A stretch of DNA of 64,000 bases from an uncultured Gemmatimonadales bacterium (GTDB taxonomy: Bacteria; Gemmatimonadota; Glassbacteria; GWA2-58-10). Shown piece by piece: positions 48,777-64,000 of the stretch. The stretch spans positions 1,041 to 65,040 of the forward strand of contig CAYYNT010000014.1 of assembly GCA_964473155.1 (NCBI GenBank), given 5' to 3'. Numbering within the stretch: the first letter of the stretch is position 1; each line of letters starts with the position of its first letter. A program made the position numbers and the translations under genes. The notes beneath the pieces were generated by a model. That model was given only the letters and a program-made list of their open reading frames with translations, did not search any database and was not told the origin of the DNA.

Positions 48777-49601
48777 TTAACCTCTACGCTTGATAATGTA
48801 TTTGTCAGACTGGTTCTTCTTCTTACGGGTCTTGTAACCCTTGGTCGGCTTACCCCACGGAGTGCAGGGATGCCGTCCGCCCGAGCTCTTGCCCTCACCG
48901 CCGCCCATCGGGTGGTCGACAGGGTTCTTGGCCACGCCGCGCACGTGCGGGCGAACACCAATCCAGCGCTTGGCGCCGGCCTTGCCATACGAGATACCCT
49001 CGTGCTCCGAGTTGCCCACCACGCCGATAGTGGCCATGCATTCGCGCGGTATGAGACGCATCTCACCGGAAGGCATCTTCAGGTGAACATGGCGCCCTTC
49101 CTTGGCCGCGATCTGCACCGAGCTTCCGGCGCTGCGGGCGATCTGTCCGCCCTTGCCGGGCTTCATCTCCACATTGTGCACCATTGTGCCCAGCGGAATA
49201 TCGGAAAGCTGGAGCGCGTTGCCCGGACGGATATCCGCACCGGGGCCGGACTCGACCCAGTCTCCTACATTCAGGCCCTGGCAGTGAATGATATAGCGCT
49301 TCTCACCGTCCACGTAATTCAGCAGGCAGATGAACGCTGAGCGGTTCGGATCGTACTCGATCGCCGCCACACGGGCCTTGATCCCGATCTTGTTGCGCTT
49401 GAAATCGATACGGCGGTAAAGGCGCTTGTGGCCGCCGCCGCGGTAGCGCACGGTCACATGACCGTGGTGATTGCGTCCGCCCTTCTCGGGCAGGGTCTCC
49501 ACGAGCGAGCGCTCGGGTTCTTTCTTGGTGATCAGGTCAAAGGCGCTGATCTGACGGAACCTGGTGCCGCTCGTTACCGGTTTCAGCTTCTTAAGAGCCA
49601 T
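48777..49601 (-). CDS. rplB: 50S ribosomal protein L2
   Basis: [25 protein letters not shown]. Confidence 0.98.
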   Translation of the reverse strand: MALKKLKPVTSGTRFRQISAFDLITKKEPERSLVETLPEKGGRNHHGHVTVRYRGGGHKRLYRRIDFKRNKIGIKARVAAIEYDPNRSAFICLLNYVDGEKRYIIHCQGLNVGDWVESGPGADIRPGNALQLSDIPLGTMVHNVEMKPGKGGQIARSAGSSVQIAAKEGRHVHLKMPSGEMRLIPRECMATIGVVGNSEHEGISYGKAGAKRWIGVRPHVRGVAKNPVDHPMGGGEGKSSGGRHPCTPWGKPTKGYKTRKKKNQSDKYIIKRRG

Positions 49602-49627
49602 TTTACGTCCACAGGTTTGATTGAACC

Positions 49628-49915
49628 TTATACACCTTCGAACAGGTCGATTACAGATTCGCCCTTGAGAGTCACGAATGCCTTCTTCCAATTGGCGCGG
49701 CGGCCCTCGTGACGGCCCATGCGCTTTTTCTTGCCTTCAAGGTTGTAGACACGCACCTTGTCCACTTTAACCTTGAACAGTTCCTCGACCGCCTGTTTGA
49801 TCTCGAGTTTATTGGCGCTCGGATCAACCTGGAAGCAATACTGCCTGCTGCCCTCGCGCAGACGGTCACTCTTTTCTGTCAGCAGCGGGCGCTGCACTAT
49901 CTGATATGCATCCAT
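49628..49915 (-). CDS. rplW: 50S ribosomal protein L23
   Basis: [26 protein letters not shown]. Confidence 0.97.
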   Translation of the reverse strand: MDAYQIVQRPLLTEKSDRLREGSRQYCFQVDPSANKLEIKQAVEELFKVKVDKVRVYNLEGKKKRMGRHEGRRANWKKAFVTLKGESVIDLFEGV

Positions 49916-49917
49916 CT

Positions 49918-50541
49918 TCACTTCTGCTCCAGTTGATCGAGTACGCTTTTCTCTATCACCAGTTTCTCGGCCAGCAATACGTCGTAGACGTTGCATTCCG
50001 CGAACGGTTTCACCTGCACGCGATCCAGATTGCGGGTCGATTTGAAGAACACCGGATTCACAGCGCCAAGCATGAACAGCACGCGCTTGCCGCTGGCATC
50101 CACTTTCTTCAGAAATTCCACCACCGTGCGGGTCTTCGGGGCCGTCATCTCGATGTTCTCGATCACCACCACCGAGGATTCTTCCTGGGCCTTGGCGCTC
50201 AGGGCGCTGGCCAAGGCGGCGCGACGCACCTTCTTCGGCGTGCGCACGTCATACTCCTTGGGATGCGGACCGAACACCGTTCCGCCGTGACGCCATACCG
50301 GGCTGGTGCGCATACCCGCTCGGGCACGCCCGGTGCCCTTCTGGCGCCAGGGCTTCTTCGTGCTGAAATTCACCTCTCCGCGGGTCTTCGTCGATGCATC
50401 ACCCTGACGCTGGTTGGTCAGCAGGGCGTTCACCGCATAGTAGACGGGACCCTCTTTTACCTCCGCCCCAAAATAGCTCTCGGGGAGTCCCACCTCACCC
50501 GCTTTTTCTCCGTTCTGCCTGTAAATTGCTGCCTGCGTCAT
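49918..50541 (-). CDS. rplD: 50S ribosomal protein L4
   Basis: [21 protein letters not shown]. Confidence 0.98.
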   Translation of the reverse strand: MTQAAIYRQNGEKAGEVGLPESYFGAEVKEGPVYYAVNALLTNQRQGDASTKTRGEVNFSTKKPWRQKGTGRARAGMRTSPVWRHGGTVFGPHPKEYDVRTPKKVRRAALASALSAKAQEESSVVVIENIEMTAPKTRTVVEFLKKVDASGKRVLFMLGAVNPVFFKSTRNLDRVQVKPFAECNVYDVLLAEKLVIEKSVLDQLEQK

Positions 50542-50604
50542 GGTTTCCTCAATCTGTTGCGCTTGTGGCTCCGAAGCTTTGAATCCATCCCGGAGCCAAT
50601 TACA

Positions 50605-51225
50605 TTACTTTTGTTTTCTGACTGTCACCAGGCCGTTAGCCGGACCCGGCACCGCTCCACGGATAAACAGAATACCGCGTTCAACGTCCACCTTGACGAC
50701 CTGAAGGTTCTTCTGCGTCCGGCGGACATTACCCATCTGTCCGGGAAGTTTCAGATTCTTCCATGTGCGCGACGGATCGGCGGAAGCTCCGACCGAACCA
50801 GGCACGCGATGCGAGGTGTTGCCGTGCGTCGCCCGGCCGCCGTTGAAATGATGGCGTCTCATCACGCCCTGGAAACCGCGGCCTTTCATCACTCCGATCA
50901 CATCGACCTTCTCGCCTTCCTGGAAGATCGTCACATCCAGTTCCTGGCCCACTGAATACTCAGCAGCGGCTGGAATGCGGAATTCCCCGAGACGGACCGG
51001 CATGAATCCCGGCACCTTGGCCAGGTGTCCCTTGGCCGCGCGATTCACATTCTTTTCCTTACGCGAGCCGTATCCGACCTGGATCGCCTCATACCCGTCA
51101 GTCTCACCGGTCTTGACCTGAGTCACCTTGCACGGTCCGGCCTGAATAACCGTCACCGGCACTGCCAGGCCCTCCTGGCTGAACAGGCGGGTCATGCCCA
51201 TTTTCTTTCCAATTAATCCAAGCAT
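50605..51225 (-). CDS. rplC: 50S ribosomal protein L3
   Basis: GKKMGMT, GRGFQG, PGQMG, GAVPG. Confidence 0.98.
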   Translation of the reverse strand: MLGLIGKKMGMTRLFSQEGLAVPVTVIQAGPCKVTQVKTGETDGYEAIQVGYGSRKEKNVNRAAKGHLAKVPGFMPVRLGEFRIPAAAEYSVGQELDVTIFQEGEKVDVIGVMKGRGFQGVMRRHHFNGGRATHGNTSHRVPGSVGASADPSRTWKNLKLPGQMGNVRRTQKNLQVVKVDVERGILFIRGAVPGPANGLVTVRKQK

Positions 51226-51324
51226 CAATACCTCTCGAGGATTATAAAGTCCTCAGTTGTCCCCTGACACGGAGCAGCGCATTTGTTCCGGCGCCGTCCG
51301 TCAGCCTTTCGCCAGTCCGATCCG

Positions 51325-51633
51325 TCAGACCTTGATCTCGATATCCACCCCGGCGGGCAGGTCAAGCTTGGTCAGCGCGTCGATTGTCTGGGGCTTGCTG
51401 TTGTAGATCTCGATCAGGCGCTTATGTGTCTTGAGCTCGAACTGCTCGCGGCTCTTTTTATCGACATGCGGTGAACGGTTAACCGTAAAAATGCTGCGCT
51501 TTGTGGGCAGCGGAATCGGACCCACCACCTCTGCGCCCGTCTCCATAGCCGTCTTGACTATATCCTCGGTGGACCGGTCGATCAACGCGTGGTCGAAAGA
51601 CTTCAGCCGTATTCTTATCTTCTGTCCCTGCAC
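51325..51633 (-). CDS. rpsJ: 30S ribosomal protein S10
   Basis: [35 protein letters not shown] start. Confidence 0.98.
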   Translation of the reverse strand: MQGQKIRIRLKSFDHALIDRSTEDIVKTAMETGAEVVGPIPLPTKRSIFTVNRSPHVDKKSREQFELKTHKRLIEIYNSKPQTIDALTKLDLPAGVDIEIKV

Positions 51634-51667
51634 GTAAGCCTCTTGAACAGAGTGCGGTTTATGTGAC

Positions 51668-52861
51668 TTATTCCAGGATCTCGGTGACCACGCCGGCGCC
51701 CACCGTACGGCCGCCCTCACGTATCGCGAAGCGCAACTCCTTCTCCATCGCGATCGGCGTGATCAATTCTATCAGCAACTCCACGTTGTCACCAGGCATC
51801 ACCATCTCGACGCCCTCGGGCAACTGCGATGAACCCGTCACATCGGTCGTCCGAAAATAAAACTGCGGACGGTACCCGTTGAAAAACGGAGTGTGACGGC
51901 CTCCCTCTTCCTTCTTCAACACATACACAGTCCCGCGGAACTTCGTGTGCGGCGTGATCGAACCCGGCTTCGCCAACACCTGGCCCCGCTCCAACTCCCG
52001 CTTGTCCACTCCACGAAGCAGCAATCCGACGTTGTCCCCGGCCTGCCCCTCATCCAGAAGCTTCCGGAACATCTCAACTCCAGTCACCACCGTCTTGCGC
52101 TTCGCTCCCAAACCCACCACCTCTACCTCATCACCAACCCGCACTATCCCGCGCTCTATCCTGCCTGTCCCCACTGTCCCACGGCCCGTGATCGAAAACA
52201 CATCCTCCACTGGCATCAAAAACGGCTTGTCTATATCGCGCTTCGGCTCCGGTATGTAGCTGTCTATCGCATCCACCAGCTCCATGATGCACTTGCCTGT
52301 CTCGTTGCCAGGCTCCCCGCTCTCCAATGCATGCAGCGCGCTGCCCCGGATCACCGGTATCTCATCACCAGGAAATCCGTAGCTGCTCAACAGGTCGCGA
52401 ACCTCAAGCTCCACCAGCTCCAACAGCTCAGGATCGTCCACCATGTCTACCTTGTTCAAAAACACCACGATATATGGCACGTTCACCTGACGCGCCAGCA
52501 AAACATGCTCCCGCGTCTGCGGCATCGGACCATCCGCCGCGCTCACCACCAGAACCGCCCCGTCCATCTGAGCCGCCCCAGTGATCATATTCTTTACGTA
52601 ATCCGCGTGTCCAGGACAGTCCACGTGCGCGTAATGACGCTTGTCGCTCTGATACTCCACGTGAGACGTCGCGATCGTTATGCCGCGGGCCTTCTCCTCC
52701 GGAGCCTTGTCAATCTTGTCAAACGGCACAAAATCCGCCAGGCTCTTCTTCGCCAATACCTTCGTTATCGCCGCCGTCAGGGTCGTCTTACCATGATCCA
52801 CGTGACCGATCGTTCCCACGTTCACATGCGGCTTCGTACGCTCAAATTTCTTCTTGGCCAT
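51668..52861 (-). CDS. tuf: Elongation factor Tu
   Basis: [35 protein letters not shown]. Confidence 0.99.
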   Translation of the reverse strand: MAKKKFERTKPHVNVGTIGHVDHGKTTLTAAITKVLAKKSLADFVPFDKIDKAPEEKARGITIATSHVEYQSDKRHYAHVDCPGHADYVKNMITGAAQMDGAVLVVSAADGPMPQTREHVLLARQVNVPYIVVFLNKVDMVDDPELLELVELEVRDLLSSYGFPGDEIPVIRGSALHALESGEPGNETGKCIMELVDAIDSYIPEPKRDIDKPFLMPVEDVFSITGRGTVGTGRIERGIVRVGDEVEVVGLGAKRKTVVTGVEMFRKLLDEGQAGDNVGLLLRGVDKRELERGQVLAKPGSITPHTKFRGTVYVLKKEEGGRHTPFFNGYRPQFYFRTTDVTGSSQLPEGVEMVMPGDNVELLIELITPIAMEKELRFAIREGGRTVGAGVVTEILE

Positions 52862-52923
52862 TGCATTTACTCCTGATAGTATTTATGAACGTTTATCTAT
52901 TCTTTATTCTCGGAAATCCAAGC

Positions 52924-55017
52924 TCAATTCCTGCCGCGCACCCCGGCCAGAATGGCCTCCGTGCGTTCCTTGTTCACCTCGGCATAGTGCGAGAACTGCA
53001 TCGAGAATATGGCCCGGCCCTGGGTCAGCGAGCGCAGGTTCGTGGCGTATCCGAACATCTTGCACAGCGGCACCGAGGCGCTGATCACCTGCACCTCATT
53101 CTTCGGAATGATGCCCGCAACCTTTCCCTGCCGGCTGGCCATGTCGCCCATGACATCGCCAAGGTATTCCACCGGGCAGGTTATTTCAACATATGTTATC
53201 GGCTCAAGCAGCTTCACGCCGCATCTTTTCACGGCCTCTTTCACCGCCATCGAGCCGGCGATCTTGAAAGCCATATCGCTGGAGTCCACCTCGTGGTAGC
53301 TCCCGTCGAGCAGCACGGCGCGCACATCCACCAGAGGATAACCCGCTTCGCCGCCGCCTGCCAGCGCTTCCTTTATACCGTTTTCCACCGGATTGATATA
53401 TTCGCGCGGGATATTGCCGCCCACCACCTTGTTCTCGAACACGAATCCCTTGCCGCGCTCCTGGGGATAGAACTCCATTTTAACATGCGCATACTGGCCG
53501 CGGCCGCCTGTCTGGCGGACAAACTTGACCTCAACCGGACTGGCTTTTTCGAGCGCCTCGCGATATGCCACCTGGGGCTGGCCGACATTGGCCTCCACCT
53601 TGAACTCACGCAGCATCCTGTCGACAAGTATTTCAAGGTGCAGTTCGCCCATGCCTGAAATGAGGGTCTGGCCGGTTTCCTGGTCATTACGCACCTTGAA
53701 AGTCGGGTCCTCGTCCGAGAGCTTCTCGAGAGCGATATAAAGCTTCTCCTGGTCCGCCTTTGTTTTCGGCTCGATCGCCACCGAAATCACCGGTTCCGGG
53801 AAGACCATTTTTTCAAGGACTATCGGATGGTCCTCTTCACACAAGGTATCACCGGTTTTGGTCTGCTTCATGCCAATTACCGCAGCGATGTCGCCACAGA
53901 ACAGGTCTTCCCGTTCCTCGCGCTTGTTGGCATGCATCTGCAGTATCCGGCTTATCCGCTCCTTGCGATCCTGCCCGCTGTTATAAATATAGGAGCCCGA
54001 ATTCAGCTTGCCGGAATATACTCTGATGAAAGTCAGACGGCCGACGTACGGGTCGGTCATGATCTTGAAAGCCAGACCGGCGAACGGCTCATCATCCGAG
54101 GCCCTGCGCTCGACAAGCTCGCCCTCTTCACCATCGGGAAGATGGCCGACCACGGGCGGGATGTCCTCCGGCGATGGCAGGTACCACGTGATGGCATCCA
54201 GAAGACGCTGCACGCCTTTGTTCTTGAAAGCGCTTCCGCACAGCACAGGAATGATCTTAACCTTACAGGTCCCGTTACGGATCGCCCGGCGAATCAACTC
54301 CGGATCATCCACATCGCCCGTTTCCAGATACTTGGTCATCAGATCATCATCGTAATCCGCGATGCCGTCGAGCATGGCGTGACGCATCTTTTGCGCCAGT
54401 TCGACCAAGTCTTTCGGGATTTCCACTTCCTCGAACACCGCGCCCTGGCTGCTCTCTTCGTAAACCACACCCTTCATGGTGACCAGGTCCACCAGCCCGG
54501 TAAACATCTCACCGCCGCCAAACGGTATCTGCAGCGGAACGGGCCGGGCGCCCAGGCGCTCCTTTATTGAATCCACGGCGCCGTAAAAATCAGCGCCGAT
54601 ACGGTCCATCTTGTTGATAAAAGCGATGCGTGGCACTCCGTACCGGTCGGCCTGACGCCAGACTGTCTCGGACTGCGGCTCGACTCCGCCTACAGCACAG
54701 AACACCACCACTCCGCCGTCCAGCACCCGCAGCGAGCGCTCCACCTCGACCGTGAAATCCACATGCCCCGGAGTGTCGATGATATTGATACGCTTTTCTT
54801 TCCAGAAACAGGTAGTGGCAGCCGAGGTGATAGTGATGCCCCGCTCCCTTTCCTGCTCCATCCAGTCCATGGTTGCGGCGCCCTCGTGCACCTCGCCGAG
54901 GCGGTGCGTCTTACCGGTATAAAACAGAATACGCTCGGTAAGCGTGGTCTTGCCCGCATCGATATGGGCCATGATGCCGATATTGCGTATATCTTTTAAT
55001 GGAACCCTGCGCGCCAT
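52924..55017 (-). CDS. fusA: Elongation factor G
   Basis: [29 protein letters not shown] 55017. Confidence 0.99.
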   Translation of the reverse strand: MARRVPLKDIRNIGIMAHIDAGKTTLTERILFYTGKTHRLGEVHEGAATMDWMEQERERGITITSAATTCFWKEKRINIIDTPGHVDFTVEVERSLRVLDGGVVVFCAVGGVEPQSETVWRQADRYGVPRIAFINKMDRIGADFYGAVDSIKERLGARPVPLQIPFGGGEMFTGLVDLVTMKGVVYEESSQGAVFEEVEIPKDLVELAQKMRHAMLDGIADYDDDLMTKYLETGDVDDPELIRRAIRNGTCKVKIIPVLCGSAFKNKGVQRLLDAITWYLPSPEDIPPVVGHLPDGEEGELVERRASDDEPFAGLAFKIMTDPYVGRLTFIRVYSGKLNSGSYIYNSGQDRKERISRILQMHANKREEREDLFCGDIAAVIGMKQTKTGDTLCEEDHPIVLEKMVFPEPVISVAIEPKTKADQEKLYIALEKLSDEDPTFKVRNDQETGQTLISGMGELHLEILVDRMLREFKVEANVGQPQVAYREALEKASPVEVKFVRQTGGRGQYAHVKMEFYPQERGKGFVFENKVVGGNIPREYINPVENGIKEALAGGGEAGYPLVDVRAVLLDGSYHEVDSSDMAFKIAGSMAVKEAVKRCGVKLLEPITYVEITCPVEYLGDVMGDMASRQGKVAGIIPKNEVQVISASVPLCKMFGYATNLRSLTQGRAIFSMQFSHYAEVNKERTEAILAGVRGRN

Positions 55018-55165
55018 ATACTCCACCATCCAAAGGAAACAAATTGCCATACATCCGGCAATTTTAATTCCGGAAATCGTAGACAAAGCCGCTCCCCACA
55101 AACCACAAGAGCGGCTCGTTCGGTAAAATCATTCTTTACGCACGGAACAGGTCCGCCGGACGCGC

Positions 55166-55636
55166 TTACCAGCGATAATGCGCGAACGCCCGGTTGGCCT
55201 CCGCCATGCGATGGGTGTCTTCTTTTTTCTTGATCGTGCTGCCCTCGTTACGGTAGCAGGCCAGCAACTCGGCAGCCAGGCGCTCATCCATTGTCTTTTC
55301 GTTGCGCTCGCGGGCGAACCCGATCAGCCAGCGCAAAGCCAGGGCCGTGCGGCGGTCCGGACGGACCTCAACAGGGACCTGGTAAGTGGCGCCACCCACC
55401 CGGCGGCTCTTCACTTCAAGCGCCGGCTTGGCATTGTTGACTGCCTGCTTGAACACATTCAGCCCCGGCTGACCGACTTTTTCCTCCAGCAAAGCCATGG
55501 CCCGGTAAAGGATCATTTCGGCCTTGCTTCTCTTGCCGTCCAGCATCAGACTGTTGATGAACTTGCTGACCAGCGTGCTCTGATAACGAGGATCAGGCAA
55601 CACTTCTCTTTTAAGAGCAACTCTTCTTCTCGACAT
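55166..55636 (-). CDS. rpsG: 30S ribosomal protein S7
   Basis: [30 protein letters not shown]. Confidence 0.98.
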   Translation of the reverse strand: MSRRRVALKREVLPDPRYQSTLVSKFINSLMLDGKRSKAEMILYRAMALLEEKVGQPGLNVFKQAVNNAKPALEVKSRRVGGATYQVPVEVRPDRRTALALRWLIGFARERNEKTMDERLAAELLACYRNEGSTIKKKEDTHRMAEANRAFAHYRW

Positions 55637-55650
55637 GGTCCGGTTCTATC

Positions 55651-56025
55651 TTAGGATTTAGGCTTTTTGGCGCCGTATTTCGACCGGCTTTTCTTACGGT
55701 CGGTGACGCCGCTGGCATCCAGAGTACCACGGATGATATGATAACGCACACCCGGCAAATCTTTCACTCGGCCGCCCCGGATCAGCACAATCGAATGCTC
55801 CTGAAGATTGTGCCCCTCGCCCGGGATGTACGAGGTGACCTCATAGCCATTGCTCAAACGAACCCTGGCCACCTTACGCAACGCCGAGTTTGGCTTTTTC
55901 GGCGTGGTCGTGTAGACACGCGTGCAGACACCTCTGCGCTGAGGACACGCGGTCAAGGCCGGCGAGGATGTTTTTGCTTTAACCGCCCTCCGGCCATGGC
56001 GGACTAACTGGTTAATCGAAGGCAA
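55651..56025 (-). CDS. rpsL: 30S ribosomal protein S12
   Basis: TTG start; [21 protein letters not shown]. Confidence 0.98.
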   Translation of the reverse strand: MPSINQLVRHGRRAVKAKTSSPALTACPQRRGVCTRVYTTTPKKPNSALRKVARVRLSNGYEVTSYIPGEGHNLQEHSIVLIRGGRVKDLPGVRYHIIRGTLDASGVTDRKKSRSKYGAKKPKS

Positions 56026-56053
56026 GCAATCCTCCCGAAAAAATGGATTATTA

Positions 56054-56082
56054 AAAATAGGCGCAATCTTCCCGCTTGTCAA
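56054..56082 (-). promoter_or_regulatory. Candidate str operon promoter
   Basis: Minus strand TTGACA-N17-TATTTT upstream of rpsL. Confidence 0.65.
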
Positions 56083-56098
56083 TAAAAAACTTATACTT

Positions 56099-56136
56099 AA
56101 ATCACGGGGCGCTCACAGTCGAACGTCCCGTGATTT
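56099..56136 (-). terminator. Hairpin after rpoC, possible terminator
   Basis: 10-bp IR aaatcacggg / cccgtgattt; T-rich downstream on the minus strand. Confidence 0.45.
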
Positions 56137-56235
56137 CCGAACTCGTACGATCTTTCAGCATCTAAGCCGCCCGCGCCGCCCCAGCGACAACCCTTTCCCT
56201 CGTGCGAGCCGCGTATTTTTTTCATACAACCGCTA

Positions 56236-59200
56236 TCAAAGCTGAATTTCCTGCTCGATCGTGGTCTCCTGCTCCGCTTCCTCTTCCTCGGCGCTCTTCG
56301 GGAAGATAACGTCGTTGTAGCGCAGCAGCCCGGTCCCAGCCGGGATCGGATGACCGATGATGATGTTTTCTTTCAGTCCCATCAGATCATCCTTCGATCC
56401 GTTGATCGCCGCCTCGGTCAGCACGCGGGTGGTTTCCTGGAACGAGGCCGCCGAGATGAAACTGCTCGTGGTCAGGCTGGCCTTGGTGATTCCGAGAAGC
56501 TGCGGACGGCTTGTGGCCGGCTCTCCGCCATCGCGGATAACCCGCTCGTTCTCGCGGCGGAAGACGTGCTTGTCCACGCTCTCACCTTCCAGAAAATTCG
56601 TATCTCCCGGATTGACAATCGCCACCTTGTTCAGCATCTGGCGCACAATCACGCCGATATGCTTGTCGTTGATCTTCACGCCCTGCAGACGGTAGACTTC
56701 CTGAATTTCGTTCAGCAGGTATTCCTGCACCGCGCGAGGGCCCTTGATCCGCAGAATATCGTGCGGATTGATCGGACCTTCGCTCAACCGGTCGCCGCTG
56801 CGCACCACATCGCCCTCATGCACGCGAAGGTGCTTGCCGTAGGGGATAAGATATTCGCGCGGCTCTCCCACCTCAGGGGTCACGATAATCTGACGGTTGC
56901 CGCGGATGATCTTGCCGAAACTCACCCGCCCGTCGATTTCCGTGATAACCGCCGGGTCTTTCGGCTTGCGCGCCTCGAAAAGCTCGGCGACGCGTGGCAG
57001 ACCGCCGGTGATATCACGAGTTTTGTAAATCTCCCGGCTGAGCTTGGCCAGCAATGTGCCGGAAGCAATTGTTTCCTCATCGCCCACCATGAGATGCGCT
57101 CCGGTGGGGATTATATAGTCGCGGACTTTTTCCCCGCGCTCGTCTATAATCTCGATATGCGGGTGGTACAATTTCTCCCGGTCATCGATTATCACCCGCT
57201 GGCGTTTGCCGGTTATTTCATCCAGCTCCTCGCGCAGAGTGATATCCTCGACTATGTCCACCAGTCTGACCGTACCTGCCATATCGGTGAGGATCGGGTT
57301 ATTGTGCGGATCCCATTCGAACAGGATCTGGTCCTGCTCAACCGTGTCACCGTCCTTGACATTTATGGTCGAACCATAAGGCACGCTGGACCGTCCGCGC
57401 ACCCGGTTTTCCTTGTCCTTGATGATCAGTTCGCCGTCACGGCTGACTACAACCATCCGGCCTTCCTGATCTATAACCACGCTCATGTTGTCGTACTCGA
57501 TGGACCCGTCGACCGGTGTGTTTTTCTGGCTCTGAGCGGTAATGCGGCTCGCCGTTCCGCCGTAGTGGAACGTGCGCAGGGTAAGCTGCGTTCCAGGCTC
57601 GCCGATAGACTGCGCGGCGATTATACCCACCGCCTCGCCCATCTCCACTGTGGCCATGGTGGCAAGGTTGCGGCCATAGCATTTCTGGCACAACCCGCGC
57701 TCGGCCTCACAGGTCAGGACCGAACGGATACGCACCTTCTCCAGCCCGCTGCTTTCGATCAGACGGGCCTCTTCCTCAGATATCTCCTGTCCGGCGGAAA
57801 CTATGATGATAGGGTTGCCGTCCGGGTCCTTGTTAATCGGATCGATCACGTCTTCCAGCGCAACGCGACCGACAATACGATCGGCCAGCGGCTCGATAAC
57901 CTCTTCACCTTCCTTGAGGGCCGAGACATCATGGCCCATGATCGTTCCGCAATCATCTTCCGTGATCGTCACATCCTGGCAGACATCCACCAGACGGCGG
58001 GTGAGGTATCCGGCGTCCGCGGTCTTGAGGGCCGTGTCAGCCAGACCCTTGCGCGCTCCATGCGTGGAAATGAAATACTCCAGCACGGTCAGACCCTCGC
58101 GGAAATTCGATACGATCGGACTCTCGATGATTTCACCCACCTGGCCGGTGATTTTTTTCTGCGGCTTTGCCATCAGGCCGCGCATGCCGGCGAGCTGACG
58201 GATCTGCTCGCGGCTGCCGCGCGCTCCGGAGTCAGCCATCATATAGATCGGATTGAATCCGTTGGTGCTCTTGCGCAACGCCGAGAACATCTCGTTCGCC
58301 ACATCGCTCGTGGTGTGGGTCCAGGTGTCGATCACCTTGTTGTAACGCTCACCGTCGGTGATCAGCCGCTGCTGATACGCCTTGGTGATCTTATCGACCT
58401 CGGCGCGGGCCTTATCCAGAAGATCGACCTTGCGCTTGGGTATCATCATGTCCGTTATGCCGACTGTCATGCCGGCCCAGGTGGCATAGCGGAATCCCAG
58501 TTCCTTAAGACGGTCGAGCAGAGCAACGGTGCTCGCCAGACCGGCTTTACGGTAACTTTCGAAAACCATCTCGCTGATCGCCGACTTCTTCATGCACTTG
58601 TTGATGAAGCCCAGCTCTTTAGGTATCACCTGGTTGAACAGTATGCGTCCCACCGTGGTTTTAATCCAGCGTCCGCCCATCTGCAGCATCACCCAACCGT
58701 GCAGATTCAGACCGCCGTTGTCGTACATGCGGATAACATCATCCGCTTCCCTGAACTTCGGCGGCTCAGGCTGAACCTCACCCTCTTTGTCGTAAAGCTC
58801 GCGGGTCAGGTAGTAGCAGCCCAGCACTATGTCCTGGCTCGGGCTGGCCACCGGGTTGCCGTTGGAAGGCAGAAGGATGTTGTTCGCGCTGAGCATCAGC
58901 ACGCGGCACTCGATCTGCGCCTCGTAGCTGAGCGGAACGTGCACGGCCATCTGGTCGCCGTCGAAATCGGCGTTGAACGCCGGACAGACCAGCGGATGGA
59001 TACGGATCGCCTTGCCCTCGACCAGGATCGGCTCGAAAGCCTGGATGCCCAGACGGTGCAGGGTCGGTGCGCGGTTGAGCAGCACAGGATGATCCCGCAC
59101 TATCTCTTCGAGGATGTCCCAGACTTCGGGGCGCTCTTTCTCGACCAGTTTCTTGGCGCTCTTGACGGTCTGGACGAAGCCTTTCTCCTCCAGCTTGCGG

Positions 59201-60339
59201 ATTATGAAGGGCTTGAACAGCTCCAGGGCCATGGTTTTGGGCAGGCCGCACTGATGGAGCTTCAGTTCCGGCCCTACCACGATGACCGAACGGCCGGAAT
59301 AGTCCACGCGCTTGCCCAGAAGATTCTGACGGAAACATCCCTGCTTGCCCTTCAGCATGTCGCTGAGGCTTTTCAGCGGACGTTTACCGCGCCCGCGAAC
59401 CACTCGCGTGCGTCGCCCGTTGTCGAACAGGGCGTCCACCGCCTCCTGGAGCATGCGCTTCTCATTGCGCAGGATTACCTCGGGCGCGCGCATTTCGATC
59501 AGTTTTTTCAGCCGGTTGTTGCGGTTAATCACCCGGCGGTACAGGTCGTTAAGATCGCTGGTGGCGAACCGTCCACCCTCCAGCGGAACCAGAGGACGCA
59601 GGTTCGGCGGAATGACCGGCACCACGTCCATAATCATCCACTCGGGACGGTTGCAGCTCAGACGGAACGCCTCGACCACCTTGAGCCGCTTGAGCAGGGC
59701 TTTCTTTCTGTGCGGGGAAGTCTCCACCTTGACCAGCGAGCGAAGCTGGCTGCTCAGGTCCTCGATGTCAATCTCCTCGAGCAGCATCTTGATCGCCGCC
59801 GCGCCGATCGCGGCCTTGAATCCCTCGATTTCCTGGTCCTCGGCCTCGAGATACTGGTCCTCGGTCAGCAGTTCCTTCTTCTTGAAGTTGCCCTTGCCCG
59901 GATCTACCACCACGTAATTGGCATAATAGAGGACTTTTTCAAGATCGCGCAGGGTCATGTCGAGCAGATAGCCCATGCGGCTGGGCAGGCTCTTGAAAAA
60001 CCAGATATGGGCCACCGGCACGGCGAGCTGGATATGCCCCATGCGCTCGCGGCGCACGCGGGAAAGGGTCACCTGCACGCCGCACTTGTCGCAGATTACG
60101 CCGCGGTAGCGGATGCCCTTGTACTTGCCGCAGTTGCACTCCCAGTCCTTGACCGGCCCGAATATCTTCTCGCAGAACAGCCCGTCCCGCTCAGGCTTGA
60201 ACGAACGGTAATTGATCGTCTCCGGCTTTGTGACCTCGCCGTAGCTCCACTGCTTGATCTGCTCGGGAGAAGCGATGGAGACCTTGATGTATTTGAAATT
60301 CGACTTTGTCGTCTCGCGCGAATTTCTGAAATCGATCAT
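56236..60339 (-). CDS. rpoC: RNA polymerase beta' subunit
   Basis: Zinc finger CNCG...[29 protein letters not shown] 60339. Confidence 0.99.
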   Translation of the reverse strand: MIDFRNSRETTKSNFKYIKVSIASPEQIKQWSYGEVTKPETINYRSFKPERDGLFCEKIFGPVKDWECNCGKYKGIRYRGVICDKCGVQVTLSRVRRERMGHIQLAVPVAHIWFFKSLPSRMGYLLDMTLRDLEKVLYYANYVVVDPGKGNFKKKELLTEDQYLEAEDQEIEGFKAAIGAAAIKMLLEEIDIEDLSSQLRSLVKVETSPHRKKALLKRLKVVEAFRLSCNRPEWMIMDVVPVIPPNLRPLVPLEGGRFATSDLNDLYRRVINRNNRLKKLIEMRAPEVILRNEKRMLQEAVDALFDNGRRTRVVRGRGKRPLKSLSDMLKGKQGCFRQNLLGKRVDYSGRSVIVVGPELKLHQCGLPKTMALELFKPFIIRKLEEKGFVQTVKSAKKLVEKERPEVWDILEEIVRDHPVLLNRAPTLHRLGIQAFEPILVEGKAIRIHPLVCPAFNADFDGDQMAVHVPLSYEAQIECRVLMLSANNILLPSNGNPVASPSQDIVLGCYYLTRELYDKEGEVQPEPPKFREADDVIRMYDNGGLNLHGWVMLQMGGRWIKTTVGRILFNQVIPKELGFINKCMKKSAISEMVFESYRKAGLASTVALLDRLKELGFRYATWAGMTVGITDMMIPKRKVDLLDKARAEVDKITKAYQQRLITDGERYNKVIDTWTHTTSDVANEMFSALRKSTNGFNPIYMMADSGARGSREQIRQLAGMRGLMAKPQKKITGQVGEIIESPIVSNFREGLTVLEYFISTHGARKGLADTALKTADAGYLTRRLVDVCQDVTITEDDCGTIMGHDVSALKEGEEVIEPLADRIVGRVALEDVIDPINKDPDGNPIIIVSAGQEISEEEARLIESSGLEKVRIRSVLTCEAERGLCQKCYGRNLATMATVEMGEAVGIIAAQSIGEPGTQLTLRTFHYGGTASRITAQSQKNTPVDGSIEYDNMSVVIDQEGRMVVVSRDGELIIKDKENRVRGRSSVPYGSTINVKDGDTVEQDQILFEWDPHNNPILTDMAGTVRLVDIVEDITLREELDEITGKRQRVIIDDREKLYHPHIEIIDERGEKVRDYIIPTGAHLMVGDEETIASGTLLAKLSREIYKTRDITGGLPRVAELFEARKPKDPAVITEIDGRVSFGKIIRGNRQIIVTPEVGEPREYLIPYGKHLRVHEGDVVRSGDRLSEGPINPHDILRIKGPRAVQEYLLNEIQEVYRLQGVKINDKHIGVIVRQMLNKVAIVNPGDTNFLEGESVDKHVFRRENERVIRDGGEPATSRPQLLGITKASLTTSSFISAASFQETTRVLTEAAINGSKDDLMGLKENIIIGHPIPAGTGLLRYNDVIFPKSAEEEEAEQETTIEQEIQL

Positions 60340-60488
60340 GGCAACCCTCGTCAGGGTTAATGTTGTCGATTGTATGGAGCCAACGGTCAACCGCCCCGTA
60401 TCATCGCGGGGCCGCGGTTTTTATACGCGGCCGCCCGCTCCAGTCAGTCCCGCCGTCTTTCAGCCTCCGGCCGGGAGAGCATACCTCC

Positions 60489-64000
<3,512 letters not shown>

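Noticed and set aside
55651-56025. Streptomycin-resistance alleles in S12
   Set aside because: TPKKPNS and RVKDLPG are wild type.
56350-60360. 1336-aa plus-strand ORF and other long antisense ORFs (e.g. 40505-41761, 34705-35865, 25767-26837)
   Set aside because: Shadows of GC-rich genes on the opposite strand; no motifs or RBS support.

Overview
A 64 kb chromosomal window from a GC-rich, diderm (LptD, Tat, PpiD), probably anaerobic bacterium; FCB/Gemmatimonadota-like affinity is inferred, not proven. The right part (35.9-64 kb, minus strand) is an uninterrupted rpoB(partial)-rpoC-str-S10-spc-alpha superoperon ending in rplQ and a terminator, with no adk between secY and map. The left part (1-35.9 kb) mixes housekeeping and accessory genes: efp(partial)/aroQ/TPR, ppiD, a PAS-GGDEF cyclase, yggT, fprA, a sugar epimerase, a class III aminotransferase, lptD-tatC, mazG and a GHL10 hydrolase. 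Main leads: (1) a polyprenyl synthase-ApbE-NusG-II-Gx transporter-DUF4321 operon resembling the core of the Listeria flavin-based electron transfer locus, but in a diderm; (2) a GWxTD/GWxTD/DUF6599/unknown/DppABC gene run and a DUF362 Tat-lipoprotein plus polyferredoxin pair; (3) two homologous 129-bp inverted-repeat elements, each carrying a GTAG-type REP hairpin, plus free REP copies; (4) a Tat-signal beta-helix gene split by one in-frame TGA; (5) two RpoC substitutions at fidaxomicin-pocket positions (E. coli D248 and R337 equivalents); (6) a long hairpin upstream of ppiD. No rRNA, tRNA, CRISPR array or transposase was recognised. Family names come from motif recognition by eye, not database searches.
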